Shown here in pieces: positions 10,244 through 21,176 of a stretch of 64,000 nucleotides of DNA; within the stretch, counting starts at the first letter, position 1, and every line of letters starts with the position of its first letter. Made by a program: the position numbers and the translations under genes. The stretch is from an uncultured delta proteobacterium (GTDB taxonomy: Bacteria > Desulfobacterota > Binatia > Binatales > Binataceae), in NCBI GenBank assembly GCA_963842085.1, contig CAWJET010000002.1, forward strand, positions 896,001-960,000, read 5' to 3'. The notes beneath the pieces were generated by a model that was not told the origin of the DNA, searched no databases, and was given only the letters and a program-made list of their open reading frames with translations.

Positions 10244-10327
10244 CAGGGTTGGACTTTTACTGAATCGATGTAGTTTTTTCCACCTCCGGCGTACTGGTTG
10301 AGCGCGCTGAACGCAGCCGAGGGAGTC

Positions 10328-11497
10328 TTAGAGCGTAGGCTGGACGGGAACGCGGTGCGGATTCTCGGCGATCCCGTAACGGGTTAGCATCCGGTAGAGC
10401 GTCGAGCGCGAAACGCCGAGCAAGTCGGCGGCGCGGCGCCGATTTCCCTCGGTCTCTTCGAGCGAACGCATCAGGGTCTGCTTGATCACGTCATCGAGCA
10501 GGAAGCCCGGCGCCTCGCCGCCGAAATCTATGGCGGGCAAGCGGTGGACGAGCGGTGTGGCCGGATGGCCGCTGGTGGACGACTCCTCGTGCGGGTACAA
10601 CAACTCGGCGCCGGTGCCGTCCAAAATGTGCGACGGCATATCGGACGCATTGATGCTATTGCTCTCGCTCAACATCACTGCGCTCTCGATCGCGTTGGAA
10701 AGTTCGCGGACATTCCCCGGCCATTGATATGCGCAAAGGATCTCGATTGCGCTACGCGAGATTTCGGAGACATTTTTGCCGAACAGGCGATTGTATTGCT
10801 CGATGAAATAGCCGATGAAAGCCGGGATGGCCTCGCGGCGCTCGCGGAGAGGCGGGATGAAGATCGCCGAAGCGCTCATGCGGTAGTAGAGATCGTCGCG
10901 AAACTGACCCGCTCTGACCATCGAGCGCAGGTCGCGATTGGTCGCCGCAACCAGGCGGAGATCAACCTTGTAGCAATGCGACGAGCCGACCGGCTGAACC
11001 TCGTGTGCCTCGACCGCGCGCAGCAGCTTGGGCTGGAGCTTGAGCGGCAATTCACCGATCTCGTCGAGGAACAGCGTGCCGCCGTTGGCCGAGCGGAAGT
11101 AGCCCTGCGACTCGTCGCGCGCGTCGGTAAAGGCGCCGCGAATGTGGCCGAATAACTGCGACTCGGCCAATGATTCGACCAGGTTGGAACAGTTCAGCGT
11201 TACGAACGGACCGTTTGGCGCGGGACCCAGCGTGTGGAGCGCGCGTGCGACCAGTTCCTTTCCCGTTCCGGATTCGCCTGAAATCAGCACCGTCGCCTTG
11301 TACGGACTCAATTGCGACACCGATTTGAGGACCTTGCGCACCTGCGCCGAGCGTACAACCATGCCGCCGAGCCGATCGGCGTCGTGTACCAGATGAGCCA
11401 GCGACACCATCTCGCTTGCCCCGTTCCCGTTAGCTGTGGGCGTTGCGGATGTGGGCTGATTTCCTACCATCGATTGAGTGTCCACGTGCCGCGCCAA
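10328..11497 (-). CDS. Sigma-54 enhancer-binding protein without sensory domain (copy 1)
   Basis: GESGTGKE, ESQLFGH..GAFTDA, FLDEIG, WPGNVREL, Fis HTH; short N-terminus; start uncertain. Confidence 0.92.
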   Translation of the reverse strand: MARHVDTQSMVGNQPTSATPTANGNGASEMVSLAHLVHDADRLGGMVVRSAQVRKVLKSVSQLSPYKATVLISGESGTGKELVARALHTLGPAPNGPFVTLNCSNLVESLAESQLFGHIRGAFTDARDESQGYFRSANGGTLFLDEIGELPLKLQPKLLRAVEAHEVQPVGSSHCYKVDLRLVAATNRDLRSMVRAGQFRDDLYYRMSASAIFIPPLRERREAIPAFIGYFIEQYNRLFGKNVSEISRSAIEILCAYQWPGNVRELSNAIESAVMLSESNSINASDMPSHILDGTGAELLYPHEESSTSGHPATPLVHRLPAIDFGGEAPGFLLDDVIKQTLMRSLEETEGNRRRAADLLGVSRSTLYRMLTRYGIAENPHRVPVQPTL

Positions 11498-11559
11498 GCC
11501 ACGCCTTTGGCCTACAGTTGCAGGTCAACCACCATGTTCTTGAGCAAATGACGGGCCAG

Positions 11560-11676
11560 CGTCTCGGAATCGGGACACTCATTGAACGGCTGTCTGTATT
11601 AGGCACATCTGCGCGGCGCGCCGCATGCGCCGCTCGACGCGGCATTTCGATGCCATCAGGCAGTCAAAATGCGACA
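11560..11676. promoter_or_regulatory. Three putative TGT-N-ACA-like activator boxes upstream of bEBP copy 1
   Basis: CGTCTCGGAATCGGGACA (11560-11577), TGTCTGTATTAGGCACA (11591-11607), minus-strand TGTCGCATTTTGACTGC (11660-11676). Confidence 0.4.
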
Positions 11677-11725
11677 TTCGGTTGCCGCTTGCAGCCGCGG
11701 CGCAGCGCGTGCCTGCGGCATCGAA

Positions 11726-12172
11726 TCACACGCCGAGGATGTCGGCCAGTACGCGCGCCGGATGGTCGCGCGGATCGACCTGGTCGTACACCCGTTCGAT
11801 GGCGCCGTGCTCGTCGATCAGGAAACTCACGCGGTCAGGATATCTCGCGTCTGCTCCCGAGCATGCGCCGTATGCCATCGCGACTGCATGATCGGAGTCG
11901 CTGAGAAGGGGAAATCCGAACTGGTACCTGCGGGCGAATGCCGCATTGTCTTCGGGCGAATCGAAGCTGACGCCAACGACGCGGATGTTTTTTTCGTCGA
12001 AGTACGATTGATGGTCGCGAAAGCCGCGCCCTTCGAGCGTGCATCCGGGCGTGTTGGCCTCGACGAAGAACCATAGGAGCACTTTGCCGCCGCGAAGACT
12101 CTCCAGAGAAAGGCTCGCGCCATCGTGCGTGGCGAGCGTGAAATCGGGCGCCGGCTCTCCGACCTTGATCAC
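11726..12172 (-). CDS. bcp: Peroxiredoxin (BCP/PrxQ)
   Basis: APDFTL, NTPGCTLEG, GVSFD, FPLLSD, RVSFLID. Confidence 0.88.
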   Translation of the reverse strand: MIKVGEPAPDFTLATHDGASLSLESLRGGKVLLWFFVEANTPGCTLEGRGFRDHQSYFDEKNIRVVGVSFDSPEDNAAFARRYQFGFPLLSDSDHAVAMAYGACSGADARYPDRVSFLIDEHGAIERVYDQVDPRDHPARVLADILGV

Positions 12173-12200
12173 TTCAATTCAACCCGTTGGTCTCGGTCGA

Positions 12201-12688
12201 TCAATTCAACAAAGCGCGCAGCTGCGCCAGCGCGGATACGCAGGTTGGATCGCCGGGCGCGAATGCGAGCGCGCCTTCGAACTCGTCAATCGCCCGTTTC
12301 ACCATCCCCTTGGCGGCGTAGATTCGACCGAGGTTCATGAACGGATAGTGACGCGGGTCGTAGCGCGGCGCGGTCTTGGCTTTCTCGAGCCACGGGATTG
12401 CCTCGTCGAGCTCGCCCTTGGCGATCAGGTATGCGCCGATATCGTTGTATGGATTGCCAAAGGCGGGGTCGACTTCGATGGCGCGACGGCATTCCGCGAT
12501 CGCATCGTCGATTCGACCCATTGCCTCGAACGCCCATCCGCGAAAGGTGTAGGCCTCCGCGGTCGGAAAGACTTCAATCGATTTGGTGTAGAGTTCGACC
12601 GCGCGCTCGAGATCGTGGTTCATGTGAAAGCGCATCGCCTCGTTCCACAGCTCGAGGGCGCGCGCCCGCGGTTCCGAATCAGCCATGA
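12201..12688 (-). CDS. TPR protein
   Basis: PTAEAYTFRGW, GNPYNDIGAY, NLGRIY repeats; ATG at 12688. Confidence 0.85.
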
Positions 12689-12763
12689 TCGATCGGTTAT
12701 TGCGCCGCTGCGCCCGCGTCAAGTGGGGGCGCTGGCGCGCGCGACGCGGGCGCGCGAGTGCGA

Positions 12764-13698
12764 TTACTTTCGAAGCGCCCGCATGATCTGAATCATCGCG
12801 GGGCCGACGATCACGCTCATCATCGCGGTAGAATGAACAGCACGAGCGGGAAGAGAATTTTGACCGTGGTCTTGGCGGCGGCTTCTTCGGCGCGCAACCG
12901 CCGGGTGGTGCGCAGGGTGTCCGAGATCGAGCGCAGGGCGGGGCCGATTTGAGCGCCCAGCTTTTCGCTCTGCACCAGCGTCGCGGCCAGCGGTTTGATG
13001 TCTTCGACGGCGGTGCGCTCGGCGAAGCTTCTGAGGGCCTGGCCGAGCGAACTGCCGGCGGCGAGTTCGGCTGACACGATGGAAAGCTCGGTTCCTATTT
13101 CCTGTTTTTGGCGCTGTGTTTCCGAGCCGACGATCTTGATCGCTTCGCTGAGACCGAGGCCCGCTTCGACGCAGACCACCAGCAAGTCCAAAACGTCGGA
13201 GAGCTGGCTGGCGATTGCCTGCTGACGCTGCCTGGCCCTGCGGCTGATGTAGTAGCTCGGCGCGAACGCACCAACGCCGGCGCCGATCAGCATGAAGATC
13301 AGCGGCTTGATTCCCTGAGAGCCTAACGCAACCGAAGCGACGAGCGCACCAATCGCAAGCCCCGCCGTAGAAGCGAGGCGGGCGAAGTGAAAGGTGCGTA
13401 CGGCTTGGGACCCGGGAAAGCCGGCGCGCACCAAGGTCTGCGCCAGCTTCTCGCGTTCCGGAGTGTTCATCGCCGGTTCGGGAAGACGCTTAGCGACCCA
13501 TCGAAACAAAGCATTCGCAAACGAATCCGACTCCATATCGACGTTGGCAGGATTTCCATACGCGACGCGCATCTTGACGCCGATATCGGCGATACGCTCG
13601 TCAAACGGGCGATGAATGCCGTAGATGGCGGCGTAGATCGCAAAAGAGATCCCACCGAACAAAACGAACACGGTCAGGCTCGCGTAGACGGCCGTCAT
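12764..13698 (-). CDS. tadC: TadC (T2SSF) with 1-nt frameshift near 3' end
   Basis: LDLLVVCVEAGLG, AEEAAAK; adding one base at ~12827 restores LPAMMSVIVGPAMIQIMRALRK* ending 12764. Confidence 0.85.
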
Positions 13699-13707
13699 CG
13701 CAGTATT

Positions 13708-14670
13708 TTAGTACTTCACCTTCAGCAGCTTGCGAATTGAGAGGAACGCCAGAACGTCGAGCACGCAGGCGACTTCGAGAATCTTCTGGCCGGTCGGATC
13801 GAAAAAAAGCGTGTTGGTGTAGCTCGGCTGAATGACGCTGAACGCCGCCAGCATCACGATCGGCAGGAACCCAACCAGTATCCCGCTCATCTTGGATTGG
13901 GCCGTGAGCGCCCTGATTTGCTGTTGCAGGCGCTGGCGGGTGCGCACGATTTCCGAGAGCCGCCCGATTATTATCGCCAGCGAGCTGCCGACCTCCGATT
14001 GCACGCGCACCGCGACGACCAGCAGGCGGAGATCGTCCTGCGGCACGCGCTTGAGCATCTCTTCCATAGCGCGCGGCAGCGGCAGCCCGAGCCGGCTCTG
14101 TTCGATAGCCGAACGGAACTCGGTGCTGATCGGATCGGCGAACTCGGCCACCACGACTTGCAGACCGCGCAGCAACGTATGGCCGGCTTCGAGCGACGAT
14201 TTGATCAGATCGAGCGCGTATGGCAGTTGTTTGGCGAACGCCTTGAGCCGGCGGTCCCGGCGCACCCGGATATACAAGATCGGCAGGATCGCCATACCTG
14301 AGCCCAGAGCGACCGACAGGAGTACTTCGCCTCAAATCACTTCGCCTGCGATCAGACCCGCCGTGAACATCAGCAGAATGACGAGGAGGACATCGGCAAG
14401 CCGGGCATAAATTCCCGCCTGCCAGAGATTTTCCTCGAGCTTTTGCAGCAGATTGAGCCGGTAGAGCCAGCTTAGAAATTCCCGTCCGGTCAGGCGGCGA
14501 CGATCGGTCTTCGTGATATCGCCTTCCAGGCCTGCGTCCGGCCGCGCCATCCGTCGCATAGCGGAGCGCGTAACGCCGAGCGGACTGCCGCGGCGCATGA
14601 ACACCAGCGCACAGATCACCAGCACCAGGCCGGCGACGGCTGCCGGAATCAGCAGGGAGTCGAGGTTCAT
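13708..14670 (-). pseudogene. tadB: TadB interrupted by in-frame TGA at 14332-14334
   Basis: ATG 14670 coupled to tadA stop; reads ...GEVI*GEVLLSVALGSGMAILP... in one frame into the T2SSF domain. Confidence 0.8.
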
Positions 14671-16049
14671 CGCGCCGCCGCCTTGATCACCTTGGAGTCC
14701 GTCTTGTATCCCGCCGTTTCGAGGCGCTGGTTGTAGACCGAGCGAATGCCGGTGGAGCGAAAGCTGCCGTTGATTTTTCCCGTCGCCGTGGTATCGGCGC
14801 GAACAAACTCGAACAAGTCCTGCATCATGATCATCTCGCCTTCCATGCCGCTGAGCTCGGAGATCTTCATGACCTTGCGCGAACCGTCGGACAGCCGGCT
14901 GACGTGGACGATAATGTTGACGGCGGAGGCAATCTGCTGGCGCATCGCGCGCTGCGGAATCGCGACGCCCGACAGCAGCATCATCATCTCGAGCCGGCCC
15001 AGGCATTCGCGCGGACTGTTGGCGTGGATGGTGGCGATAGAACCGTCATGGCCGGTGGACATCGCCTGCAACATGTCGAAGATTTCGGCGCCGCGAACCT
15101 CGCCAACCACGATGCGGTCGGGGCGCATGCGCAGACAGTTCTTGACCAGGTCGCGCTGGGTGACCTCGCCGCGGCCTTCAAGGTTGGCCGGGCGCGTCTC
15201 GAGGCGCACGACATGAGGCTGCTGCAAGGACAGCTCGGCGGAGTCCTCGATGGTGACGATTCGTTCGTCTTCGGGAACGAACGCGGACAGGCAATTGAGC
15301 ATCGTGGTCTTGCCCAAGCCAGTACCGCCGCAAACGATTACGTTCAGGCGCGCCCGGACCACCGCGAGCATGAACTCGACGAGGTCCCAGGTCAGCGCCT
15401 CTTTCTCGACCAGCGCCCCGATATCGAAGCGATGCTTGCCGAAGCGCCGGATCGACAGGGCCGGCCCGTCGAGCGCCAGCGGCGGGATGATGGCGTTGAT
15501 GCGCGAGCCGTCGGGCAACCGCGCATCGACCATCGGCGAGGATTCATCGACGCGCCGGCCGACGCGAGAGACGATGCGGTCGATGATCAGCATCAGGTGC
15601 TGGTCGTCCTGGAATGCAACATCGGTCAGGCGCAGCTTGCCGTGCTTTTCGACGTAGACCTGGTTGTGGCCGTTGACCAGGATGTCGGTGATTTCGTCGT
15701 CGCGGAGCAACGGCTCCAGCGGGCCCAGGCCGAGCAGCTCGTTCTTGAGTTCCTCGATCAGCCGGCCGCGGTCGGTGTCGGTCAGGAGGCGGCCGTCCTC
15801 ATTAAGAATGTCATTGATTGCGGCAGCGACCTTGGTCGAGACCATCGCGGGCTCCAGGGTCTCGAGCTTGGACACGTCGATAGTCTCGAACAGTTTGTTG
15901 TGAACTTTGACCTTTAAGCGGCGCGAGCTATCCGCGATCGCATCTTTGCGCCGGCGCACGGTCGCGCCGATCAGCGAGCCGCTGGCGGAGGCGGCCTCTG
16001 GCGGGCGGCCGGATCTGGTGACATTTGACAGCCGTTCAGTCAGTCCCAT
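14667..16049 (-). CDS. tadA: Tad pilus ATPase CpaF/TadA
   Basis: [49 protein letters not shown]. Confidence 0.95.
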   Translation of the reverse strand: MGLTERLSNVTRSGRPPEAASASGSLIGATVRRRKDAIADSSRRLKVKVHNKLFETIDVSKLETLEPAMVSTKVAAAINDILNEDGRLLTDTDRGRLIEELKNELLGLGPLEPLLRDDEITDILVNGHNQVYVEKHGKLRLTDVAFQDDQHLMLIIDRIVSRVGRRVDESSPMVDARLPDGSRINAIIPPLALDGPALSIRRFGKHRFDIGALVEKEALTWDLVEFMLAVVRARLNVIVCGGTGLGKTTMLNCLSAFVPEDERIVTIEDSAELSLQQPHVVRLETRPANLEGRGEVTQRDLVKNCLRMRPDRIVVGEVRGAEIFDMLQAMSTGHDGSIATIHANSPRECLGRLEMMMLLSGVAIPQRAMRQQIASAVNIIVHVSRLSDGSRKVMKISELSGMEGEMIMMQDLFEFVRADTTATGKINGSFRSTGIRSVYNQRLETAGYKTDSKVIKAAAR

Positions 16050-16059
16050 CTTGCGTACC

Positions 16060-17247
16060 TCATCGACTTTGATTCGCGGCGAAGGCGGACTTGAGCCGCG
16101 ACATGAATGTTTCCTGAAGGGGCGGCGGTTCCTTACGCGGCATGACCAGCGCGGCGAGATCAAGCATCGCGCGCGCGGCCGGAGAGGACGGCGCGAGCTG
16201 GAACAGGTCCTGCGCCTTCATCTCGATAGTTTCGAAAGTGCGATCGTCGGTCGGAATCCTGGCGTAGATCGACTTGGCGAGAGTCGATTCGATGGCCTTC
16301 TCGGTCAGCGGATGCGATGGACTGTAACGATTGAGAATGAAGCGCGGCTCGAGCGTGGTAAGGCCCAGGCGCTCGAAGAGATCGACGAATCGCCAGGCGC
16401 ATCGGGCCGCCGCGATCGACTGATTGAGCACGTAAAACAGATGCTCGGAGCGCTCCCACGCGGCGACTGCGTTTTCGTCCACGTGGTCGCCGCAATCGGC
16501 GATCACGTAGTCGAACAACTGACGGATCAGATCGAGCACGGTGCCGATCGTGAGGTCCGAGACCAATTCGCCTTCTTCGATTCGCTTCGGCGCGGCCAGC
16601 AAATAGACACCCGATTGATGCTTGGTCAAGGCGGATTCGAGCTGGATGGAATCGAGTTTATGCTCCAGGCGCACCAGCGGCATGATTGTCACTTCCGGTT
16701 CGAGGTTGAGAAAGACCGCGAGTCCGCAGGTCTGAAGATCGAGATCGACCAGCGCCACGCGTTGATGCAGCGACTCGAGCGCCAGGGCGAGGTTGCCGGC
16801 CACTGAAGTTACCCCGACGCCGCCGACCAAGCTGGTGACGGAAATGACCACACCACCGTCGCGGCGCTCGTTGCGCCAGCGCGCCTCGCTTACCTTGAGC
16901 AGAGCGCGGGTGGCCTCTCCAGGGTCCAGCGGCATGAAGAGAATCTCGTCGGCGCCCGAGCGCAAGGCTCGCTTCATGAGCCCGGGCGAGCGCGGGCCGA
17001 GCACGGCGAGCAGACTTGGGTGCGGCGAATGTTGCGACTGGCTCTGCAGGAAACTCAGCGCACCCTCCTCGTTGCCGTTGACCATCACCAGGGTAGCGTC
17101 GGGCGGCACCGCGGCATTTTCGGAGAGATTGGCCGCGGTGGCAGCCTCACCCTCGATGATCTCAAGTTTAGGCTCTGCCAGGGCCGCCAGCACTTCCTTG
17201 AGCTGGGTGCGCGGTTCGCCGGGATCGCCGACGAGCATGACCTTCAT
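16060..17247 (-). CDS. cpaE: CpaE/TadZ receiver-like + MinD-like protein
   Basis: [28 protein letters not shown]; locus position; start uncertain. Confidence 0.85.
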   Translation of the reverse strand: MKVMLVGDPGEPRTQLKEVLAALAEPKLEIIEGEAATAANLSENAAVPPDATLVMVNGNEEGALSFLQSQSQHSPHPSLLAVLGPRSPGLMKRALRSGADEILFMPLDPGEATRALLKVSEARWRNERRDGGVVISVTSLVGGVGVTSVAGNLALALESLHQRVALVDLDLQTCGLAVFLNLEPEVTIMPLVRLEHKLDSIQLESALTKHQSGVYLLAAPKRIEEGELVSDLTIGTVLDLIRQLFDYVIADCGDHVDENAVAAWERSEHLFYVLNQSIAAARCAWRFVDLFERLGLTTLEPRFILNRYSPSHPLTEKAIESTLAKSIYARIPTDDRTFETIEMKAQDLFQLAPSSPAARAMLDLAALVMPRKEPPPLQETFMSRLKSAFAANQSR

Positions 17248-17312
17248 CGTGCTCAGACGGCCCTCACTCTTTGATCCGATTGGCACTCGATCATTCTCCG
17301 GCTGATACGTGC

Positions 17313-19193
17313 CTAGAAGCGGGGCCGGGCCGCGTCCGGCGGCTCGATAGGTTTGGTTTTGATTTCATCAGCGGTCAGTTCGCCGCGATTGGTGGGCAGG
17401 AAGACCTGTCCGCCCTGGGGCAGCGGCCGGATTATTTCGGGCGTGACGCTCATGACGAGGTCGCTCTCCTTGTCGGACCAGGAGGTGGTGTGGAAAAAAT
17501 TTCTTATCCAAGGGATGTCGCCCAGGTAAGGCACCTTCTGCACCTCGGAAGTTTTTTGGTGGAGAATGAGGCCGGCGATGATCAGCGTCTGCCGGTCCTT
17601 CAGGCGCACCATCGTCTCCGCGCGCCGAGTTATAAAGGCCGGAACCGTGAAACCGAACAAGTTCACCCCGTAGGTATAATCGGGCTCGGAGACTTCGGGC
17701 TTCACGAGCAGTTCGAGATCGTCGCGGCCAACCACGGTCGGAATGAACTCGACCGAGGTGCCGAAGGTCTTGAAAACGATGGTCGAGTTGAGCGCCTGGG
17801 CAATTACGATTGGTATCTCGCCGCCCGAAAGAAATTTGGCCTTCTCGCCGGAGTTCGCCAGCAGATGCGGCTCCGCGAGGACCTTGCCAAGGCTGTGGTC
17901 CTCGAGAAACTGGAAGAATCCCTGCCACATAACGTCCGAATTCTGCGCCGCCAGACCGTAGGTCAAATTCGACGACAGCAGCAGCGGGATCATCTGGCCG
18001 CCACTGGGCAGGACTCCGTTGGGCGAGGTAGTACCTGACAAAGATCCTGACGAAGCCGAGCTCTGAAGGGTGCTGTTCGCGCTGTAAGGTGTCGCGACGC
18101 TGCCCGGCAGACCTACCAGCGACAGGCCCATCTTCGAGAATGCGACCGACAGGTTGACTCCCTGGTTTTCAAGCTTTGTGCGATCGAGCTCGGCCACGAT
18201 CGTGTTGAGCATCACCTGCTGGCGGCCGCTGGCGTCGATCCGCACCGTCCGTTCCTGGTACTGCCCGTTCGCGTCCCAGACCGCCAGCGTTGTGAAACCG
18301 GGCTGATGGGCGATCAGGTTGAGCTGGAAAGGATCGATCACCTGCACGTCGGCAATCTTTGAGTCGGCGACCGAGATGCGCGTGATACGGCGCTGGAAAT
18401 CGATTACCTCGGAGGTGCCCATCATGAGCGAGATGGCTTCCGCCGGCAGATAGTTCCTGCCGCCGGAGACACTGTCGCTGGGGTGGGCCTGGCCTGAATC
18501 CAGCACCGGGGGATCGTTGCGAAACTCACTTGCGTGGGATGAGGGCGGTGCAACCGATTGATCCGCCGATTGAGCCGGCGTGTAGGCTTGAGCGCCGCTG
18601 CCCGCTTCCGGCGGCGCACTGGACGAATCGGCGGCGGCCGATGACGATTTGGCGGGGATCGTCACGCTGTATGGTGTCGCCGGCGACGAAGGCGCACGGT
18701 ACGACGAAATGGTCGCCAACTCGGGCATCGCAGGCGGGGTCGAGGGCGACGCGCCCGCTCCCGGCCTTGAGGCGAGCCCCTCATCACTAATTGACGCCGG
18801 CGCCATGCCGGGCGTAAGCGGCGCACCGGGCCTGGCCACCGCGAACGAATTGAGATCGTAGCTGACTGTACGATCCGAAGTGTTGGTAACGGTAACTATC
18901 CAGCATCCGGCCTCGGCGCTGAGCATGGTGAGCTTGCCCGGCGGCGAGTTGTAGCTGACGAAGGCGTTCGGATTTTGCGCGACGTGAAACGACGGTTTGG
19001 TACCCGGCTTGATATCATTGATCACGTAGGTCTCGCCGGCGTTCATTGAAACCGGAATCCAATCGGCCACGTTTTTCACCTGGGCCCGGCCGGTCCCTGC
19101 GCCGACGAGCAGCAGCAATCCGGCAGATGCGAGCAGTCGACCGAATGTACCCACCGGCCGGATGTTCGTCCGTATGTTCTTGCGTAACGTCAT
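17313..19193 (-). CDS. cpaC: Secretin CpaC/RcpA
   Basis: ISVADSKIADV, LAEPHLLANSGEKAKFLSGGEIP, KVPYLGDIP, VTPEII. Confidence 0.9.
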   Translation of the reverse strand: MTLRKNIRTNIRPVGTFGRLLASAGLLLLVGAGTGRAQVKNVADWIPVSMNAGETYVINDIKPGTKPSFHVAQNPNAFVSYNSPPGKLTMLSAEAGCWIVTVTNTSDRTVSYDLNSFAVARPGAPLTPGMAPASISDEGLASRPGAGASPSTPPAMPELATISSYRAPSSPATPYSVTIPAKSSSAAADSSSAPPEAGSGAQAYTPAQSADQSVAPPSSHASEFRNDPPVLDSGQAHPSDSVSGGRNYLPAEAISLMMGTSEVIDFQRRITRISVADSKIADVQVIDPFQLNLIAHQPGFTTLAVWDANGQYQERTVRIDASGRQQVMLNTIVAELDRTKLENQGVNLSVAFSKMGLSLVGLPGSVATPYSANSTLQSSASSGSLSGTTSPNGVLPSGGQMIPLLLSSNLTYGLAAQNSDVMWQGFFQFLEDHSLGKVLAEPHLLANSGEKAKFLSGGEIPIVIAQALNSTIVFKTFGTSVEFIPTVVGRDDLELLVKPEVSEPDYTYGVNLFGFTVPAFITRRAETMVRLKDRQTLIIAGLILHQKTSEVQKVPYLGDIPWIRNFFHTTSWSDKESDLVMSVTPEIIRPLPQGGQVFLPTNRGELTADEIKTKPIEPPDAARPRF

Positions 19194-19222
19194 GGCTTTT
19201 CCCCCCCGATTGCCACCTGCGA

Positions 19223-20350
19223 TCACGGAACTTGATATGTCTTTGGCGCGGGCACGTAGCCCGGATCGCCCGGCCTAAGCGGCGCGTTATTCACTGACCC
19301 GCGAGCATTGGGCGCCTCGGATCGACCCGCCGCGAATGCGCTCTCGGGTGGTTCGGCAAAGCTCGCCGACCACGCCGGCTTTGCGGCCGAGATTGGAGAT
19401 TCCGGCGCGTCGGGCAATGGCGGCGCGGCCGGCACCTGCGGTTCCGAAACAGGAGGCGCTTCCTGGCGCGTTTGAACGGAAGAACGCGTTCCCGCGCCGG
19501 AATGGATAAAGGAAATCGCCTCGGACGACTTGCCGTCGCGCATCACTTCGACTCGAAACGCCGTGGGTCCGTGGGCTGAGCGCGCGGAGAGCGCCGGCGC
19601 CGGCTGTACCTGCATCACGGGCAAGGTCGAGCCAATCGAGCCCGCGTGCAACAGATCGGTCAAATCGATTCCGCTGGTCGCGACAATCTTGGCGTCGCTG
19701 TAATTGCGCATCGCCAGACGCAGCATTCCTTCGCGGCTCGCAAGGGTAAGTTTTTCGGCGTCGGCCGGAGTAACCAGCAGCGTGACGACTTTCACTACCT
19801 GCGGTTCGTCCTTGACGTTTTCGATTTCCTGAGCGACGGCGAGGACTTCGATGTTCTGGAGAACGATGCGCGAGAAAGAGGACTCGCCCGGGCCGGTGCC
19901 CGAAACCGCGACCAGCACGTCGACGCGCGCACGCGGCGCAACAAAGCCGGCGATGTCCGCGACCTCGTCCACCGGCACCGACACCGCGCGCATCCCGGCC
20001 GGAATCAGCAGCGGCATCACGCCCGAGGACTTCTCGCCCATGAACAGCTTGCTTGCGACCACCGGTTCGTTAGCGACGAATTCACTCCTTGCGAACGAGC
20101 CTGCGATCGCCTGCGGATCGGTGAACGCCCCCTGCGGGACGCTGTCGCGCGCCCAGCGAACCAGTTTGACTGCGCTGGGCTCAAGCTTGGCGCCCAGCGG
20201 TATATCGTTTGCCGCGACCACGACTTCAACCGACTGCGCCATCGCGCGCTGCACTTCGGACTCGCGTTTTCTGATCGCGGAAAAGACCACAATCGCGGCC
20301 AGCACGGCGCCCATCCCCGCAAGGATCACGAACACTATAGGTCGTCTCAT
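19223..20350 (-). CDS. cpaB: Flp pilus assembly protein CpaB/RcpC
   Basis: SAF domain VVVAANDIPLG, GMRAVSVPVD, VTLLVTP, LRLAMRN. Confidence 0.92.
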   Translation of the reverse strand: MRRPIVFVILAGMGAVLAAIVVFSAIRKRESEVQRAMAQSVEVVVAANDIPLGAKLEPSAVKLVRWARDSVPQGAFTDPQAIAGSFARSEFVANEPVVASKLFMGEKSSGVMPLLIPAGMRAVSVPVDEVADIAGFVAPRARVDVLVAVSGTGPGESSFSRIVLQNIEVLAVAQEIENVKDEPQVVKVVTLLVTPADAEKLTLASREGMLRLAMRNYSDAKIVATSGIDLTDLLHAGSIGSTLPVMQVQPAPALSARSAHGPTAFRVEVMRDGKSSEAISFIHSGAGTRSSVQTRQEAPPVSEPQVPAAPPLPDAPESPISAAKPAWSASFAEPPESAFAAGRSEAPNARGSVNNAPLRPGDPGYVPAPKTYQVP

Positions 20351-20607
20351 CTATGTCCCCCTTCTTGCGCGACCCATCGATACAGCCTGCTCCCCACAAG
20401 CAGAACTCAATCGCTCACACTCTCGTCGCGACCGCCCGTCGCGCGCCGCGCCAAACCGGGCCAAGCCGGAAATTCCCGAAATCACTCCTACACTCGCATC
20501 GACCGGTCACTTCCTCAGCAACCTCCTGATTTGCGCGGCGGGGCACTCGGCCCCCGCCGCCTGCGCCGCGCGCCTGGGTTCGACCTCGCGGGCTTTGGGC
20601 GCGAGTC

Positions 20608-20690
20608 TCACGCGCCCGACAGCGTCGCGGTCACGTTGGCGATGATCGTGTTGATCCCACCTTCGAGACCCTGTAACGAGCCACCGCGAT
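20608..20690 (-). pseudogene. Truncated second Flp pilin copy (3' half only)
   Basis: Encodes QGLEGGINTIIANVTATLSGA* versus QGLEGGINDIITNVTATLKAA* in intact flp; 10-nt internal deletion; no leader or start. Confidence 0.8.
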
Positions 20691-20745
20691 CCCGCCTGTG
20701 GGCGTTGAGTCAGCGCAATCGCCTGCTTGCGGAAACCAACGGGCC

Positions 20746-20925
20746 TTACGCGGCCTTCAGAGTCGCGGTCACGTTGGTGATGATGTCGTTGATTCCGCCT
20801 TCGAGACCCTGGTACGCGATGTAACCGGCCACCGCGATCGCCGCGATGATCAGCACGTACTCGGTCATTGTCTGGCCCGCCTTGCTTTCCCAAACCGTGA
20901 CTATGAGTTTGTCGATGTAGTTCAT
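20746..20925 (-). CDS. flp: Flp family type IVb pilin (59 aa, absent from ORF track)
   Basis: MNYIDKLIVTVWESKAG/QTMTEYVLIIAAIAVAGY...; G-x4-EY motif; AGGAGG RBS at 20935-20940. Confidence 0.92.
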   Translation of the reverse strand: MNYIDKLIVTVWESKAGQTMTEYVLIIAAIAVAGYIAYQGLEGGINDIITNVTATLKAA

Positions 20926-20986
20926 TATCGATGTCCTCCTTTGCGCGTTGTGTCAGCGCAATCGACTCGATTCACTGAGCTTCAAG

Positions 20987-21002
20987 TGCACCACTCATGC
21001 CA
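20987..21002 (-). promoter_or_regulatory. Sigma-54 -24/-12 promoter of flp
   Basis: Minus strand TGGCATGAGTGGTGCA, GG-N10-GC spacing, ~60 nt upstream of flp ATG. Confidence 0.65.
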
Positions 21003-21072
21003 GCCGCAGATTCGAGAACGAGTCGATGTAGCTGGCTAGAGAAAGTCGAGCGGCAAAAGGTGAACCCGCCCG

Positions 21073-21089
21073 TGTCGCATCGCGGTACA
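21073..21089. promoter_or_regulatory. Putative upstream activator sequence for flp
   Basis: TGTCGCATCGCGGTACA (TGT-N11-ACA), ~70 nt upstream of the -24 element. Confidence 0.45.
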
Positions 21090-21176
21090 TCCGATGGTTC
21101 AATCACCCGCGCAGCCGCTTGGTCGCCTCCTCTTTACAGGTAGGCAATCGGCTGCCGCCTTTGCCATAATCAACTC

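Noticed and set aside
14332-14334. TGA in tadB as selenocysteine or Trp recoding
   Set aside because: TGA is an ordinary stop in many genes here, the site is in a TM region, and no SECIS-like hairpin is evident
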